Shown: positions 1 to 13,466, counted from the first letter of the stretch. The stretch: DNA of 64,000 bases from Octopus bimaculoides (GCF_001194135.2 NC_068985.1:11373621-11437620), one strand, 5' to 3'. Notes: generated by a model not told the origin, from the sequence alone. Program-made: numbers and translations.

Positions 1-921
1 CGGGTGGGTAATAGGTAGATAAAGAGATAAATAGAAAGATAAATAGGCTTGTGTGGAGGAGAGTGAGAGGAGCACGGCTGAGACTAGAGAGTGTCTGTTG
101 AATGGTGATGATGGTGGTAGTGGTGGCGGTGGTGGTTGGTGTTCTCCGGGTAGATAGATGGCTGCTGGAGAAAGGTAATTAGTATTAACTGATAACAGCA
201 GCTAACTACACGTGTAATTGAGTGTGCGGAACATTGTCAGAGCTGTTTGCATGCAGTCAGCATCTGTGCTGACGGCGGCGCTGGTACGGCTCGTACAATG
301 GTGATGGTAGTAGTATTAGTAGTAGTAGCTTTTGTTGTGATGTTTCTTTTCTTCTTTTTTATTTTGGTTGTTTTTTTTTTCTTGTTTTTTGTATTGGTGC
401 CGTTGCTCTTGGATCTGGTCTGCGTGGGTGGTGTTGTGCGAGTTGTATTCGTTTTATGTATTCTATGAGGGTTAGCGGATGGCGGTAAGAGTGCTTATCG
501 TGGTGCTAAGCGATGGGTGGGCAGTAGCAGTAAGACAAGATAGCACTAGTCTTCTAACTGGGCAACTTCGTTGATGATATGTATATTACACAGTACCATT
601 ATATCAGTGTGTGTATGTGTATGTGAGTGAGCGAGCGAGCGAGTACCCGTCCATGTATGTGTCTGTGAGTACGAATATTTAACGTTTTTCGTTTGTTTTT
701 GCTTTGCGTTATATATTTTTTCTTAGATTTTTCTGCTATTTGCTACTACACCGATATGTACATATGTAAAAACTGCTCTAAGACATTATGTGTGTATTTG
801 TGAATGAAAACTGGTTTAGATGTTAGTATATGCATATATATTTTGAGTGTATATGTGCATGTGTAGGTATGTACTTGTGCGCAGGGTTTCTACAAATTTG
901 TGTGTCTGTACGTGTGTATGT

Positions 922-955
<34 letters not shown>

Positions 956-1598
956 NNNNNNNNNNNNNNNNNNNNNNNNNNNNNNNNNNNNNNNNNNNNN
1001 NNNNNNNNNNNNNNNNNNNNNNNNNNNNNNNNNNNNNNNNNNNNNNNNNNNNNNNNNNNNNNNNNNNNNNNNNNNNNNNNNNNNNNNNNNNNNNNNNNNN
1101 NNNNNNNNNNNNNNNNNNNNNNNNNNNNNNNNNNNNNNNNNNNNNNNNNNNNNNNNNNNNNNNNNNNNNNNNNNNNNNNNNNNNNNNNNNNNNNNNNNNN
1201 NNNNNNNNNNNNNNNNNNNNNNNNNNNNNNNNNNNNNNNNNNNNNNNNNNNNNNNNNNNNNNNNNNNNNNNNNNNNNNNNNNNNNNNNNNNNNNNNNNNN
1301 NNNNNNNNNNNNNNNNNNNNNNNNNNNNNNNNNNNNNNNNNNNNNNNNNNNNNNNNNNNNNNNNNNNNNNNNNNNNNNNNNNNNNNNNNNNNNNNNNNNN
1401 NNNNNNNNNNNNNNNNNNNNNNNNNNNNNNNNNNNNNNNNNNNNNNNNNNNNNNNNNNNNNNNNNNNNNNNNNNNNNNNNNNNNNNNNNNNNNNNNNNNN
1501 NNNNNNNNNNNNNNTATATATATATATATATATATATATATGAATGTATGTATGTATGTTTATGTATATGTATATATATATATGAATGTATGTATGTT

Positions 1599-1629
<31 letters not shown>

Positions 1630-2411
1630 GAATGTATGTATGTTTATGTATATATATGAATGTATGTATATGAATGTATGTATATATATATATTCGTTTG
1701 CTTCTTTGTTATTTACAATGTTTGTATGATTACATATCCGTATATGTGTTTATGCGTACTTTGTGTGTGTGTGTATGTGTGGATATGTCTTACTTTGTGT
1801 GCGTTTAGTTATGTGCGAGCAAGTTTTTTTGTATAGAATTGCGGGCGGGGTTGCGTGCCTCCGGGTTTGCGTAGGTGCACTAGCTCGGCTATGCAGGTAT
1901 TCTCAATAAAGCTATGGTTACACCCGATAGTTGTTTAACGCCTTGCTCATGACACCCAGGAAGAACAAAATACTGCGCATAGCTATCCATTTTTCACATC
2001 TCACCAGAATGCTTGGCTCACCCTCGACTGTTCTCTTCGCTTCTTCCTTCCCTCATTCCTTCTTTTCTTTTCATACATTTTACTATTTATGTTTCTTCCT
2101 TTGTGTGTGTGTTGTTTTTTTGGTTTTGTTGTTTTAATTATTTGCCTTTGCTTTGTAACTCTCTGTCTGTTTGTCCGTCTGTCTGTCTCACTCTTTCTCT
2201 CTCTGCCTCAGTACGAAAAATATTCGCGCCCTCTTCAAGATTCTCATTCACTCTCCCCAAATATCTATTACACTCGCTCTCCTTCTCTATCTCTCTCTCA
2301 CTCTCTCTTGCACACATTGTATACAATTTGCACAAACATATGTACACAGGAATACATTATCGTTTCCAAACACACACATATGAGCATGTACTTATGTATG
2401 TATGATAGCAT

Positions 2412-2805
2412 TATTTTATCTGTTTCAGTTATTTCACTGCGGTCACGCTGGAGCACTGCCTTTTGTCGAGTAAATCGACCCCAGGACTTATTCTAGTACT
2501 TATCCTATCGGTCTATTTTGCTGAAACACTAAATTACGGGGATGTTAACACACCAACATCGGTTGTCAAGCGATGTTAGGGAGACAAACACAGACACACA
2601 AACAAATTACACACACACACACATTTATAATATAAATATACGACGGGCTTCTTTCAGTTTCCGTCTACCAAATCCACTCACAAGGTTTTTGGTCGGTCCG
2701 AGGCTACAGCAGAAGACTCTTGCCCAAGGTACCACGCAGTGGAACTGAACCTGGAAACATGTGGTTGGCAAGCAAGCTACTTACCACAAAGCTACACCTG
2801 CGCCT
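2412..2805 (-). mobile_element. SINE family F1, full length (tRNA-like head + CORE-like box + internal CA/TA microsatellite + structured tail)
   Basis: Reverse complement matches the plus-strand copies at 16653 and 52301: head, CCTTGGGCAAG box, microsatellite, then the tail ending in GCAGT-loop-ACTGAAAC. Confidence 0.85.
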
Positions 2806-3419
2806 ATAACATTGTTGAGGAATATATGAATATACATATTTATATATATTGAAAGAGAGAGGGGGAGATGAAGAGAAAGAGCGGGGGAAAGGGGGAGAGG
2901 AAGAGATTGATGAACTGATAGACAAAGAGATCGATACATAAAGAGAAAGATTAACATATGAACATATGATAAATCTTTGAATAAAAAAAAAGCGAGAACG
3001 CATACACATGCATACTTCTGTGTGCGTGTGTGTGTGTTTGTGTGCTTTTATTTGTGTGTTGGGGGGGGGCTGTTTATTTGTGTATACGCGTGCGTTTAAT
3101 TGCAGTGGGGGTGTAGGTGTGTGTATGTGTGTGCGTGCAGGATTTGGGACGTTTTACAGTTTGATTTTTAAGATTTTGTTTCGTTTTACTCCTTAAACAA
3201 TAAGTAGACGTCTAAGAACTTTTGTATAATTTAAGTATATTTGTGTATGGAAATTGTTTTAGGTCGGGTATGTGAGCGGTTACTTGTGAATTTAGGAGTG
3301 ATGTGAGCGAATGATTATATATTTATTATACATATCCGTAAATGTTTGCACATGTCTATGTATATATTCGTTTAATTCTTTAATATTTACAAAGCTTATA
3401 AATGTATATTATTTACAAC

Positions 3420-3467
<48 letters not shown>

Positions 3468-3571
3468 TAATATTATTAGGGACAAAAATCCAAATTTACA
3501 GATAAAAACTCAAATTCAATTTATTAAAAATTAAAATTAAATAATGTTTCACAGTATAAAATATAAATATA

Positions 3572-3822
3572 TAGTTTTAGGGAAAAGAACCAAGGTTCAT
3601 GAACTCATCGATGAAAATTCACTGTCACATATAGAAAATTAATAAGTAAATATACAATAAATAAGTATAATATAATACAAAGTACATATCATAAGATAAT
3701 GATAATAAAAGGACTACACGTGTTTCATAACCAATTTTTAAATTGAAAGAATATGTATATCGCTTAAAAGTATCAAAAATCAATTCTATTCAAAAATATA
3801 GCTAATCTTCAGGCCAAAATAC

Positions 3823-3856
<34 letters not shown>

Positions 3857-4010
3857 GAATGTATATATCAACCAACAATAAATAACAAATGAATGTATTT
3901 ACTTTGTATTATATTATACTTATTCATTGTGCTTTTACTCATTAATTTTTCTATATGTGACAGTGGATTTTCATTGATGAGTTCATGAACCTTGGTTTTT
4001 TCCCTAAAAT

Positions 4011-4012
<2 letters not shown>
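3572..4012. mobile_element. About 440-bp element with about 110-bp imperfect terminal inverted repeats, in TA-rich flanks (MITE or inverted Penelope-like end)
   Basis: 3572-3684 (TTTTAGGGAAAAGAACCAAGGTTCATGAACTCATCGATGAAAATTCACTGTCACATATAG...TACAAAGTA) is the near reverse complement of 3898-4012. Confidence 0.7.
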
Positions 4013-4050
<38 letters not shown>

Positions 4051-4291
4051 CGTGTGTGTGTATGTGTGTGTACATGTTTCTTTGGAGGAACCCTGGATCG
4101 TGAATCTCTATGGATGATGGTGTGTTAGAACTGGGTCGAATAAATGCTTGGCGACAAAAAGTCGAAGGCTGCCGATGAGCTTTATCTGCTTCCAGATCCA
4201 CCTTTCCCTCCAACAAGAAGACAACATCGTTTTGACGATTGGTCTAAGTTTATAAATTTTTATGATGTCAACACTATACGTATGTAAACAA

Positions 4292-4328
<37 letters not shown>

Positions 4329-4457
4329 GGTGTAGCTCTATATAAGTAAGCTATATGCTAAATAGTTTTATTTACACCGTAATTACTTCATTTGTTATTT
4401 TCACTTCGCCGTTAAGGCACAGCACGTCAACGTGTAAAAGGAGGTCGTACTCTAAAC

Positions 4458-4595
4458 CAGGAGTAGGGAAACACCTCGCCTGCGAGCGCAATTGCACCCG
4501 CGAGCCCGTTTTATTGTGTCCACAGACTGAGGTGCACATATGTACAAACTATAGTAAATATTTAAATCAAAATTGAAACAATATTCCTATACCTA
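4458..4595. mobile_element. Possible degenerate hAT-type MITE
   Basis: Starts CAGGAGTAGGGAA after CTCTAAAC, followed by a GC-rich CCTGCGAGCG...CCCGCGAG subterminal block. The right end (TTCCTATACCTAG) is only a weak inverted match and there is no matching TSD. Confidence 0.3.
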
Positions 4596-4943
4596 GTTGG
4601 CACAAATGTCGCGTTTCTACTACGACTTAAAATGGTCAGAAATCGTCCGGTAATTGTCATTATATAAAAATTTTGTTTTCACTATAAAACACGTATTACT
4701 ATGTTTGTGCCACCCTCTTCATACCCAACTACATTTTAACTGAAAAATATAGAATACCCCATAAGTAATATAAACGTCCTAAATTCAGTGGCGGCGTTAA
4801 TGAAGATGTTACGCGTTAATTTAATGTGCTAAACTTATCTGTATTAACGTGTCACGAATTATGCATAGATATATACAAGATTTACACAGATATAAGAGTT
4901 AGAACCTGTGATCCGCCGGCGTACCTTTTTCTTTATTTCATGT

Positions 4944-5172
4944 GTGGCGAACCCTGATGTACTCTTTCACCACAACTTTCTCTCACTTTTACTTCCTGTT
5001 TCTGTTGTACCTGTATTTCGAAAGGGCCAGCCTTCTCGGACTCTGTGTCACGCTGAATCTTCTTTTGAACTACGTTAAGGGTACACGTGTCTGTGGAATG
5101 CTCAGCCGCTTGCACGTTAATTTCCCGATCAGATCAACTGGAACCCTCGTCGTCGTAAACGATGGAGTGCTA
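4944..5172 (+). mobile_element. SINE family F3, 5'-truncated
   Basis: Matches the 3' two-thirds of the full copy at 45170 (ACTCTTTCACCACAACTTTC...GAACTACGTTAAGGGTACACG...GGAGTGC). Confidence 0.85.
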
Positions 5173-5228
5173 TGATATTTACTAGTGTCGTTCCTTCTCC
5201 TTCTTTGCCTTTCTTTCTCTTGGTCCCA

Positions 5229-5259
<31 letters not shown>

Positions 5260-6083
5260 GGTGTCAATCCCTCCTCACTGATATACTGTTAATCCATGCA
5301 GCCACAATCGTAAACACAAACGGGTAGATTCACTCTCAGATACATATACACAGGAACAAACTCGTAGACAGTCATGCAAACCCACATTCACACAAATAAA
5401 AGTACAAGATTTTCATACATTTAATATTCGATTCTCCTAATATGTCTTTATCAACACCGCCTACATACACATATATACGCTTACAGAGTAAACCAAGGTC
5501 TCTTGAACCACAAGCGCACGCTTACTTCCTTACAAAAATACATACACGCATACTATTGCATATCTTCAGATGTCTATAAGTGTGTGTGTATGTATGTGTA
5601 GCAGAGAGAGAGAGAGAGAGTAGGAGTTATATTGTCTGAACGCAAGCATTTATGATCCAACAATGACAAAATTATTCGAAGCACGTTGTTTGTCCAGGCT
5701 ATTAATTTCATTGCATGCACAATAGAAACCTATAGTAAAATTGTATCATTATAGCTTCATTTGTAAAGAAATGTCTTAAGTCTTTCTTCACTTAGTTTCA
5801 AGCACATTTACACAGCAACAATACGCAGTCACTTATATATCACAACACCACAAACACGCGTACGCACATATATGAGGTGTTCAAAACGATTCAGATTTCA
5901 CAGTATGGCGGCGACTAACGCGGAGATGCATTTCTGAGGGTGTCGAAGTATGATCGTGCGTGTAGAAAGGAAGGGCTCTATGAGCGCATGCGTGAATGTA
6001 TTTATGCACGCACACACACGCACACACACACACACATACATACATATACACACATACATGCACACATACACACGCACATTGTC

Positions 6084-6114
<31 letters not shown>

Positions 6115-6470
6115 TATATGCGAGTAAAAATAAATACAAAAAGGGGGGGGGGTTGTATGATTGTGTATAGAGGAATATATTATTTTGTTTAAAAGAGTTC
6201 CAACACTGTCTGTTTTTTATGTTTTATTTATATTCCTGCAGAACTAATGTGGGTTATAGAATATGGAATATACAATATATAATATATAATATACAATATA
6301 AAATAAAATAAAATAAAATAAAATAAAAATGGATGGCACCATGAAAGAAAGTATTGAATGTAGATGAAATATTGAGTGTTCAATATAAAGGATCAAATAT
6401 ATAAATATAAATATATAAAGGCGACTCGAGTTTCAGGGCTATTTCCCTTCGTCATGGCCGGTATGACAGA

Positions 6471-6707
6471 CGGAGGCGGAATGGCCCAGCGGTTAGGGTA
6501 GCGGACTCGCGGTCGTAGGATCGCAGTTTCGATTCCCAGTCCGGGTGTTGTGAGTGTTTATTGAGGCTCCAGCGGGGTGTGGAGGTGGTGAACCATGCTG
6601 TACACTTTCGCCACAACTTGCTCTCACACTTTTTTCCTGTTTCTATTGTACCTGTATTTCATAGGGCTAGGCTTGTCACACTCTGTGTCACGCTGAATCT
6701 TCCCCGC
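6471..6707 (+). mobile_element. SINE family F3, head plus partial body
   Basis: A-box TGGCCCAGCGG and B-box GTTTCGATTCC; colinear with the 45170 copy, with an internal deletion and missing tail. Confidence 0.85.
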
Positions 6708-7800
6708 ATTTTTTTGCTAGTCGACAACGTATACCTCATATACAATTGTCATCTTCGTCTTCTGCAATCTTTTCTTATAATTAGGTTCTGATATTTCTCG
6801 CTTTTCCCAATTTTCCCTGTCACTACTTGCTTATTATATAACATTGCAAGTCTATGATTTTTCGTTTTTGTCCTTTGCAATCATATATGGTTTTCATACT
6901 TCGATAGTATAGTCAATATTTATGGATAAGTGCCATAAAATCCCGTCGTTACTATTCACCATCACAGACACTGCTTCGTGACCATACACCTTTTTTGGTA
7001 AATTCAATTTACACATTTGATTAACACTCTAAGGCAACGTTTCAACAATACATGTGCTCATGAATGTTCTTAAACTCTTTTGGTCTTAGTATTACTTTCG
7101 ATTCAGATAAGGTTGACAGTTTCGTCTCTTTTCCCACAGCGTTTTCACTCAGATTGAATAAATCTTTATGAAATTCATTCGTATTTATGAGTTGTTCCTG
7201 AGCAGTTATGATTAGCTATTCGTTTTCTTCTTTCAGGTTTCGATTAGTAAGACGCAAAAGAGCATTCTTTACGGATTATATACTCGATCTAGTGCACGAA
7301 TTGTTCATATGATTCCTTCTCTTTATTACTACATGTCTTGCTTTTCCTTCTGATCTAGAAATATTTTAGTAACTTTCTTTATACTTCCGGCCGAATGCCA
7401 TATCATTCGTTTCATTACGCATGGCTTCAAATCGAACATCGTAGTTCTAAAAGCATTTTCTGTGTTTTACAACCATCTTGTTCCTTTCTCTCATGGCAGA
7501 AAAATTTCACGAACAATTTTACAAATTTGGCGGTAAATTTCTTGCTGTCATTTAGGTATCAGACGTACCAAATAGCCTCTGCTAGACAATGAATAACAGG
7601 ATTCCAGCGCAGTCTTGGATATATGCAGACATTACATTAGACTACAAGTTAGTCTCCAGATCAAAAATGAGCGAATAACCGCGAAACCTGCAGGAAGGGA
7701 TAACAAGTTTACACAAATGTGTGGTTGTGTGTGCGTGCGTGGTTGTGTGTGTGTGTGTGCATAAGCACTCACGCATACATATATGAATATATACATAAGC

Positions 7801-7832
<32 letters not shown>

Positions 7833-7841
7833 TTATATATA

Positions 7842-8007
7842 CGATGGGCTTATTTCAGTTTCCGTCTACCAAATCCCCTCAAAAAGTTTTCGTCGGCTTC
7901 AGGCTATAGTAGAAGACACTTGCCCAAGTTGCCACGCTGTGGGAGTGTACCCGCAATCATGTGGTTGGTAAGCAAGCTTCTTACCACACAGCCACCACTC
8001 CTGCCCC
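7842..8007 (-). mobile_element. SINE family F1, head only, between microsatellites
   Basis: Reverse complement of the GGAGTGG...GGCTGTGTGGTAAG...CTTGGGCAAGTGTCTTCTACTATAGCC...AGACGGAAACTGAAA head. Confidence 0.85.
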
Positions 8008-8093
8008 TATATATGTATATATATATTTACATATATATACATATATATGTATGTATATATTTACATATATATACATATATATGTATCTATCTA

Positions 8094-8128
<35 letters not shown>

Positions 8129-9018
8129 CTATCTATCTATATATATATATATATGTATCTATCTATCTATNNNNNNNNNNNNNNNNNNNNNNNNNNNNNN
8201 NNNNNNNNNNNNNNNNNNNNNNNNNNNNNNNNNNNNNNNNNNNNNNNNNNNNNNNNNNNNNNNNNNNNNNNNNNNNNNNNNNNNNNNNNNNNNNNNNNNN
8301 NNNNNNNNNNNNNNNNNNNNNNNNNNNNNNNNNNTATATATATATATATATACACACACATTAGTACATTTGGTTTTTATAAAGGCAAATGATCTTTTAA
8401 TTATAAGTAGGCAATTATATCGCAAATATTAAGGTTATTGATTATTGTATCTTACACAGATTGCAATACGCGTCTCACCAAAACTCTCCAGACATTCAGG
8501 CAACACAGTATGTTGTTGTTACTATATAATTATACTGCCTACGATGGAAATCCACTCATCTGGATGCATCCTTTCATACAAGTAGTATTTTGTAAGGGTT
8601 TTGTTTTCCTCGTACATAGATATCTTTACGGAAACTATCCCTTTTATAAATGCATGCGAATCGTGAACATCCATATCTATAATAACATGTGTACGTGTGT
8701 TGGTTGTTGTGTGCTGTTATGTGTATGCAAACACACACGTATATAAATGTAGTTCGTAGAGTGGTTCAAAAGAAGGTTTAGAGTTATAAAAAAAAAGAAA
8801 ACACGTACAATGCTCATTTATTTTTTGCAAAAAAAAAAAAAAAATTAATTTACGATAATAGTATTGCTATAGTTGTGATAAATGTATTATTATGAGTAAC
8901 AACCCAGAAAAAAAAATCCAAAATGGGGCTAACTAATTTAATGTAATTATAAGTTTAATGAATTAAGTATTATAACATTAATGTGATACTGTATACATAC
9001 TTTTGTATCCCCCTGCAT

Positions 9019-9058
<40 letters not shown>

Positions 9059-9444
9059 NNNNNNNNNNNNNNNNNNNNNNNNNNNNNNNNNNNNNNNNNN
9101 NNNNNNNNNNNNNNNNNNNNNNNNNNNNNNNNNNNNNNNNNNNNNNNNNNNNNNNNNNNNNNNNNNNNNNNNNNNNNNNNNNNNNNNNNNNNNNNNNNNN
9201 NNNNNNNNNNNNNNNNNNNNNNNNNNNNNNNNNNNNNNNNNNNNNNNNNNNNNNNNNNNNNNNNNNNNNNNNNNNNNNNNNNNNNNNNNNNNNNNNNNNN
9301 NNNNNNNNNNNNNNNNNNNNNNNNNNNNNNNNNNNNNNNNNNNNNNNNNNNNNNNNNNNNNNNNNNNNNNNNNNNNNNNNNNNNNNNNNNNNNNNNNNNN
9401 NNNNNNNNNNNNNNNNNNNNNNNNNNNNNNNNNNNNNNNNNNNN

Positions 9445-9478
<34 letters not shown>

Positions 9479-9835
9479 AGAGAGAGATAGATAGATAGAT
9501 AAATGAATGGTTAGATAGATAGATAAATAGATAGATTGATAGATAGAGAGATAGATAAATAAATAGAATATTGGATGCATAGATGGATTGTTGGATGAAT
9601 CGATCGATCGGTGGATAGATGGATGGACAGACGGACAGATAAATAGATCTCCAGATAAGTAGATGAATATATAGGAAAAAGTGTATAGATTCGTATCCAT
9701 TCATCCAAGAACATGCCTGCAGTCACCTGTGTGTCCGTGTGTTTGTATTCGTTTTATGATCTATGCTTGTCTTTTATGTTTTTCATGTCTTTCTGTGTCA
9801 TAGAAAAGAAGCATTGTATCATCTCACTATCTCTA

Positions 9836-9879
<44 letters not shown>

Positions 9880-10418
9880 CTCTCTTTCTCACAGTGTCTA
9901 TTTCTCGCACTCTCTCACATTCTTGTTTTGTCCCAGGCAATCCTCTATTAGACAGGATTGGAGAATCCATACTGATGTCGACAATAACTTACCCTATTTA
10001 AATTTAGTGTTTGGTATTTTCCAGATAAATTATAAATGTAGCATTCGTCGATTCCCAGCTACATTGCATACATTAGGTCATGAGACTGCAAATGCAGAGA
10101 GAGAAAAAGAGGGAGAGAGATGCAGACAGATATACAGACAATAAGAAGGAAACGAGAGGGAGAAAGAGATACAGACGATAAGAGAGGGGAAGAGAGAGAC
10201 AAAGAAATAGACTGCAAGTCTTGCTAAATGCCATGTGCACACATGTACACGTGTAACTATTGAGAAATATATACGAATATGCACTCCTATCTGCGGATAT
10301 ATATATTTGTATGTGAGTGTTTATGCGTGTCTATAGGCGTATGTGCACGTAATCGCATGCGTATTTGTACATATATAAAATGTGCGTTATTGGATGTCTG
10401 TATCTTTCGTTGTGTGAA

Positions 10419-10710
10419 GACGCGTGGGTTAGTGGCTAGAGCATTCGGCTCACAATCATAAGGACTTGAGTTCAATTTCCGGCGACGCGTTGTGTCCTTG
10501 AGCAAGACACTTTATTTCACGTTGCTCCAGTACACTCTGCTGGCAAAAATGAGTAGTACCTTTATTTCAAAGGGGCCAGACTTGTCACACTCTCTGTGAC
10601 GCTGAATCTCCCCGAAAACTACCTGAGGAGTGCTCAGCCACTTGCACGTTAATCTAACGCGCAAGTTGTTCCGCTGATCGTATCAGCTGGGACCCTCGTC
10701 GTCGAAAACC
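10419..10710 (+). mobile_element. SINE family F4 (own tRNA-like head and GTCCTTGAGCAAGACAC box, tail shared with F3)
   Basis: B-box GAGTTCAATTTCC. From about 10555 the sequence matches the F3 tail (TTTCAAAGGG..CCAG.CTTGTCACACTCT.TGT.ACGCTGAATCTCCCC...CCCTCGTCGTCG). Confidence 0.75.
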
Positions 10711-10855
10711 ACCTACACTTTTTTCAGGCTATATTATTAGCATTATCAGGCGTTTTAGAATTTAAAATCACCTCTTTAACTTTCTAAGACATCTCAACTT
10801 CTAAAAGCAAACTTCGTTTGTTTGTTTACATTTATCGCAATTTGAATTTAATATA

Positions 10856-10985
10856 TGCGGTTCGGCAAAAGAGACGGATAGAATAAGTAATAGGCTTACA
10901 AAGAATAAGTCCTGGGGTCGATTTGCTCGACTAAAGGCGGTGCTCCAGCATGGCCGCAGTCAAATGACTGAAACAAGTAAAAAAC
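10856..10985 (+). mobile_element. SINE family F1, 5'-truncated tail
   Basis: GGTTCGGCAAAAGAGAC...GGCGGTGCTCCAGCATGGCCGCAGTCAAATGACTGAAACAAGTAAAA. Confidence 0.9.
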
Positions 10986-11739
10986 AAAACAACAAAGGTT
11001 GTGAAGACCATTTACAGCCAATAATTTATCAATTATTGTTATTTATATGTGTACGTGTGTATATGTATAGACGTGTCTTTGGTAGAGAACATAAATGTTT
11101 GTACGTGTGTAATTGTGTTTTCCGTGTAGCTGTATTTGTTTATGTTTGTAAGTTGTCTCTGAGTGGTTCTGGTTATACGTAACCCTCTACAATCCGTGGC
11201 GCTACACATTCGCTGGTGACTAATCTGGCAAATTTGACAATGCCGAATGTGTTAGAAGGGTAAATCTTGGACACCTTGCACGATAAGGTAGAAAACCAGT
11301 ATAAAGACGATGAAGCTCAAATGATTCGACAGCTATCCAACATTTTGCGTATATGAAAGCTTAAAAGGTATTCAAAAACTCGGTTTAAAATGGATAAAGC
11401 GGAGTAAACGACATCTAATAATAAAATGTCAACCTTCAGAAAGGCTATATCTAACAACGTCGCTGTGGGACACATACCCTAGAGCAGGATAAGACAAATA
11501 TCACATATTCGATCTCACACAGAACCTGTTATACCTGCTCTTGTCTTTGTAGAGTTTCTTCTGGTTCAGCGGCGGTTGCAATCGAACATATAAAAGTACC
11601 GTGTTTTAACGAATATAAAAAAACACTTTTTTGTTGTCAAAAATCAAGTTTAGAAATATGGTTGTTTCTTATACATAGATAGTATTATGATCCCTTGCAA
11701 AACCTTTTTTCCAAATTTTTAAACTGCCAATTAGGGGCT

Positions 11740-11960
11740 TTTTCACCACAACTTTCTCTCACTCTTTCTTCCTGTTTCCGTTGTACCTCTATTTCAATGG
11801 GGCCAGCCTTGTCACACTCTGTGTCATGCTGAATCTCCCCCCCCCCCGAGAACTACGTTAAGGGTACACGTGTCTGTGGAGTGTTCAGCCACTTACACAT
11901 TAAAAAGCTGTTCCGTTGATCGGATCAACTGGAACCCTCGTCGTAACGGACGGAGTGCCA
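11740..11960 (+). mobile_element. SINE family F3, 5'-truncated
   Basis: Colinear with 45325-45546. Confidence 0.85.
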
Positions 11961-13098
11961 CGATATGCTTGTATGTTTGTTAGCATGTTCGACTGCATGT
12001 GTGTAGTATACATGTATATTGTTTCCACTATACGTTATTACATACATACGTACATACACACACACACAAACCACACTAATTCCCCCCACATACACACACA
12101 CACGCACATACATACATATATACTCCTGTTGGTAAAGTTTCTCCTCTTCCTACCAAATTTAGTTACTAATGCATTTGAGGTTTACTAATAGTACCAACGT
12201 AAAATCGACCAACTCTACAAGAATAACCAATCGTATTCTTTGAGTTACTGTTTAGCGGTTATTCCAGGTCGTGGCATATGAGTCATGGAGAACAAATTGC
12301 GAATACTATAGACCCCCACTGTATCCATGTGATCGACTTAGTTAACATTTTGGTAACTGTCTCATGAATCTATTATGCAAATTAGCCGGGAAGATGTGTG
12401 CATATATTATAGCAACTCTCATGGCTATAGACATACATACAGACACAAAAGTACACATATGGACGGACACTCACAAGCGCACACTCATGCACGATTTTAC
12501 ATTTACTACTGGGAGAAAAAGAGCAACAAATATACAGTTAAACCAACCAGATTGTTTATTTACTGTGATGTTTCGTATCAAGTTGTGTTCGCCATTGAAT
12601 TAATTCTAAAGTAAATACATGCAATAAATAAAATACTAATAGAAACACAAATGATAATAATGATAATAATAATAACAATAACCTGGCGAAAACTTAAAAA
12701 CAGTGGAATTGTATGAACCAATGAAAAAGTTCCTTATTTGAATATGGATTCTTTTGTTGCTGAAATCGTCTGCGATGCTCAGTGTTTTGCGCTGCGATCA
12801 ATACAAAAAGAGATTCCAAACAGCATGCTCTTACTGAGAGGGGATCAAATTGCTAACATTTGTCCGAATTTGTATTCTGACTCATCTTCGTACAGCCTCC
12901 TATCGTCAAGATGATGATCTAAGCTGCCATGGGACTTGGAAACATAGAGGAGAGAAAAGGAAAAAAAAAAGAAAGAAAGATGGGAGCCCACCGGACTGGA
13001 TCACACTGCGCAAGTTTTAATGAAATCATGCTGAAATAACACACAGATAACTTATTGTGTAAATGTTCAAATATATGCGTCAGAACATATGTATGCAT

Positions 13099-13153
<55 letters not shown>

Positions 13154-13194
13154 CATATACACATATATATGTGTGCGTGCGTATTTGTGCGTGC

Positions 13195-13400
13195 GTTTGT
13201 GTTTGTCCCAACATCGCTTGACAACCGATGTTGGTGTGTTTATGTCCCCGTAACTTGGTGGTTCGGCAAAAGAGAATATCCTTTGTAAGCTTGGTACTAA
13301 TTCCAGGCTTACAAAGGATAAGCCCTGGGGTCAATGTGTTCGACTAAAGTCGGTGCTCCAGCATGGCCGTAGTCAAATGTCTGAAACAAGTAAAAGAATA
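13195..13400 (+). mobile_element. SINE family F1, tail half, preceded by TA/TG microsatellite
   Basis: TGTTTGTCCCAACATCGCTTGACAACCGATG...CAGCATGGCCGTAGTCAAATGTCTGAAACAAGTAAAAGAATAAA. Confidence 0.9.
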
Positions 13401-13466
13401 AAAATATATGCATACGTGTGTGTGTGTGAGAGAGAATATATATATTCGCGCGCGCGCGAATATGTA

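Noticed and set aside
4070-4245. Minus-strand ORF LEGKVDLEADKAHRQ...
   Set aside because: No recognisable domain or splice sites; the ORF continues only through microsatellite.
5872-5945. Mariner-like terminus TATGAGGTGTTCAAAA
   Set aside because: No matching opposite TIR found.
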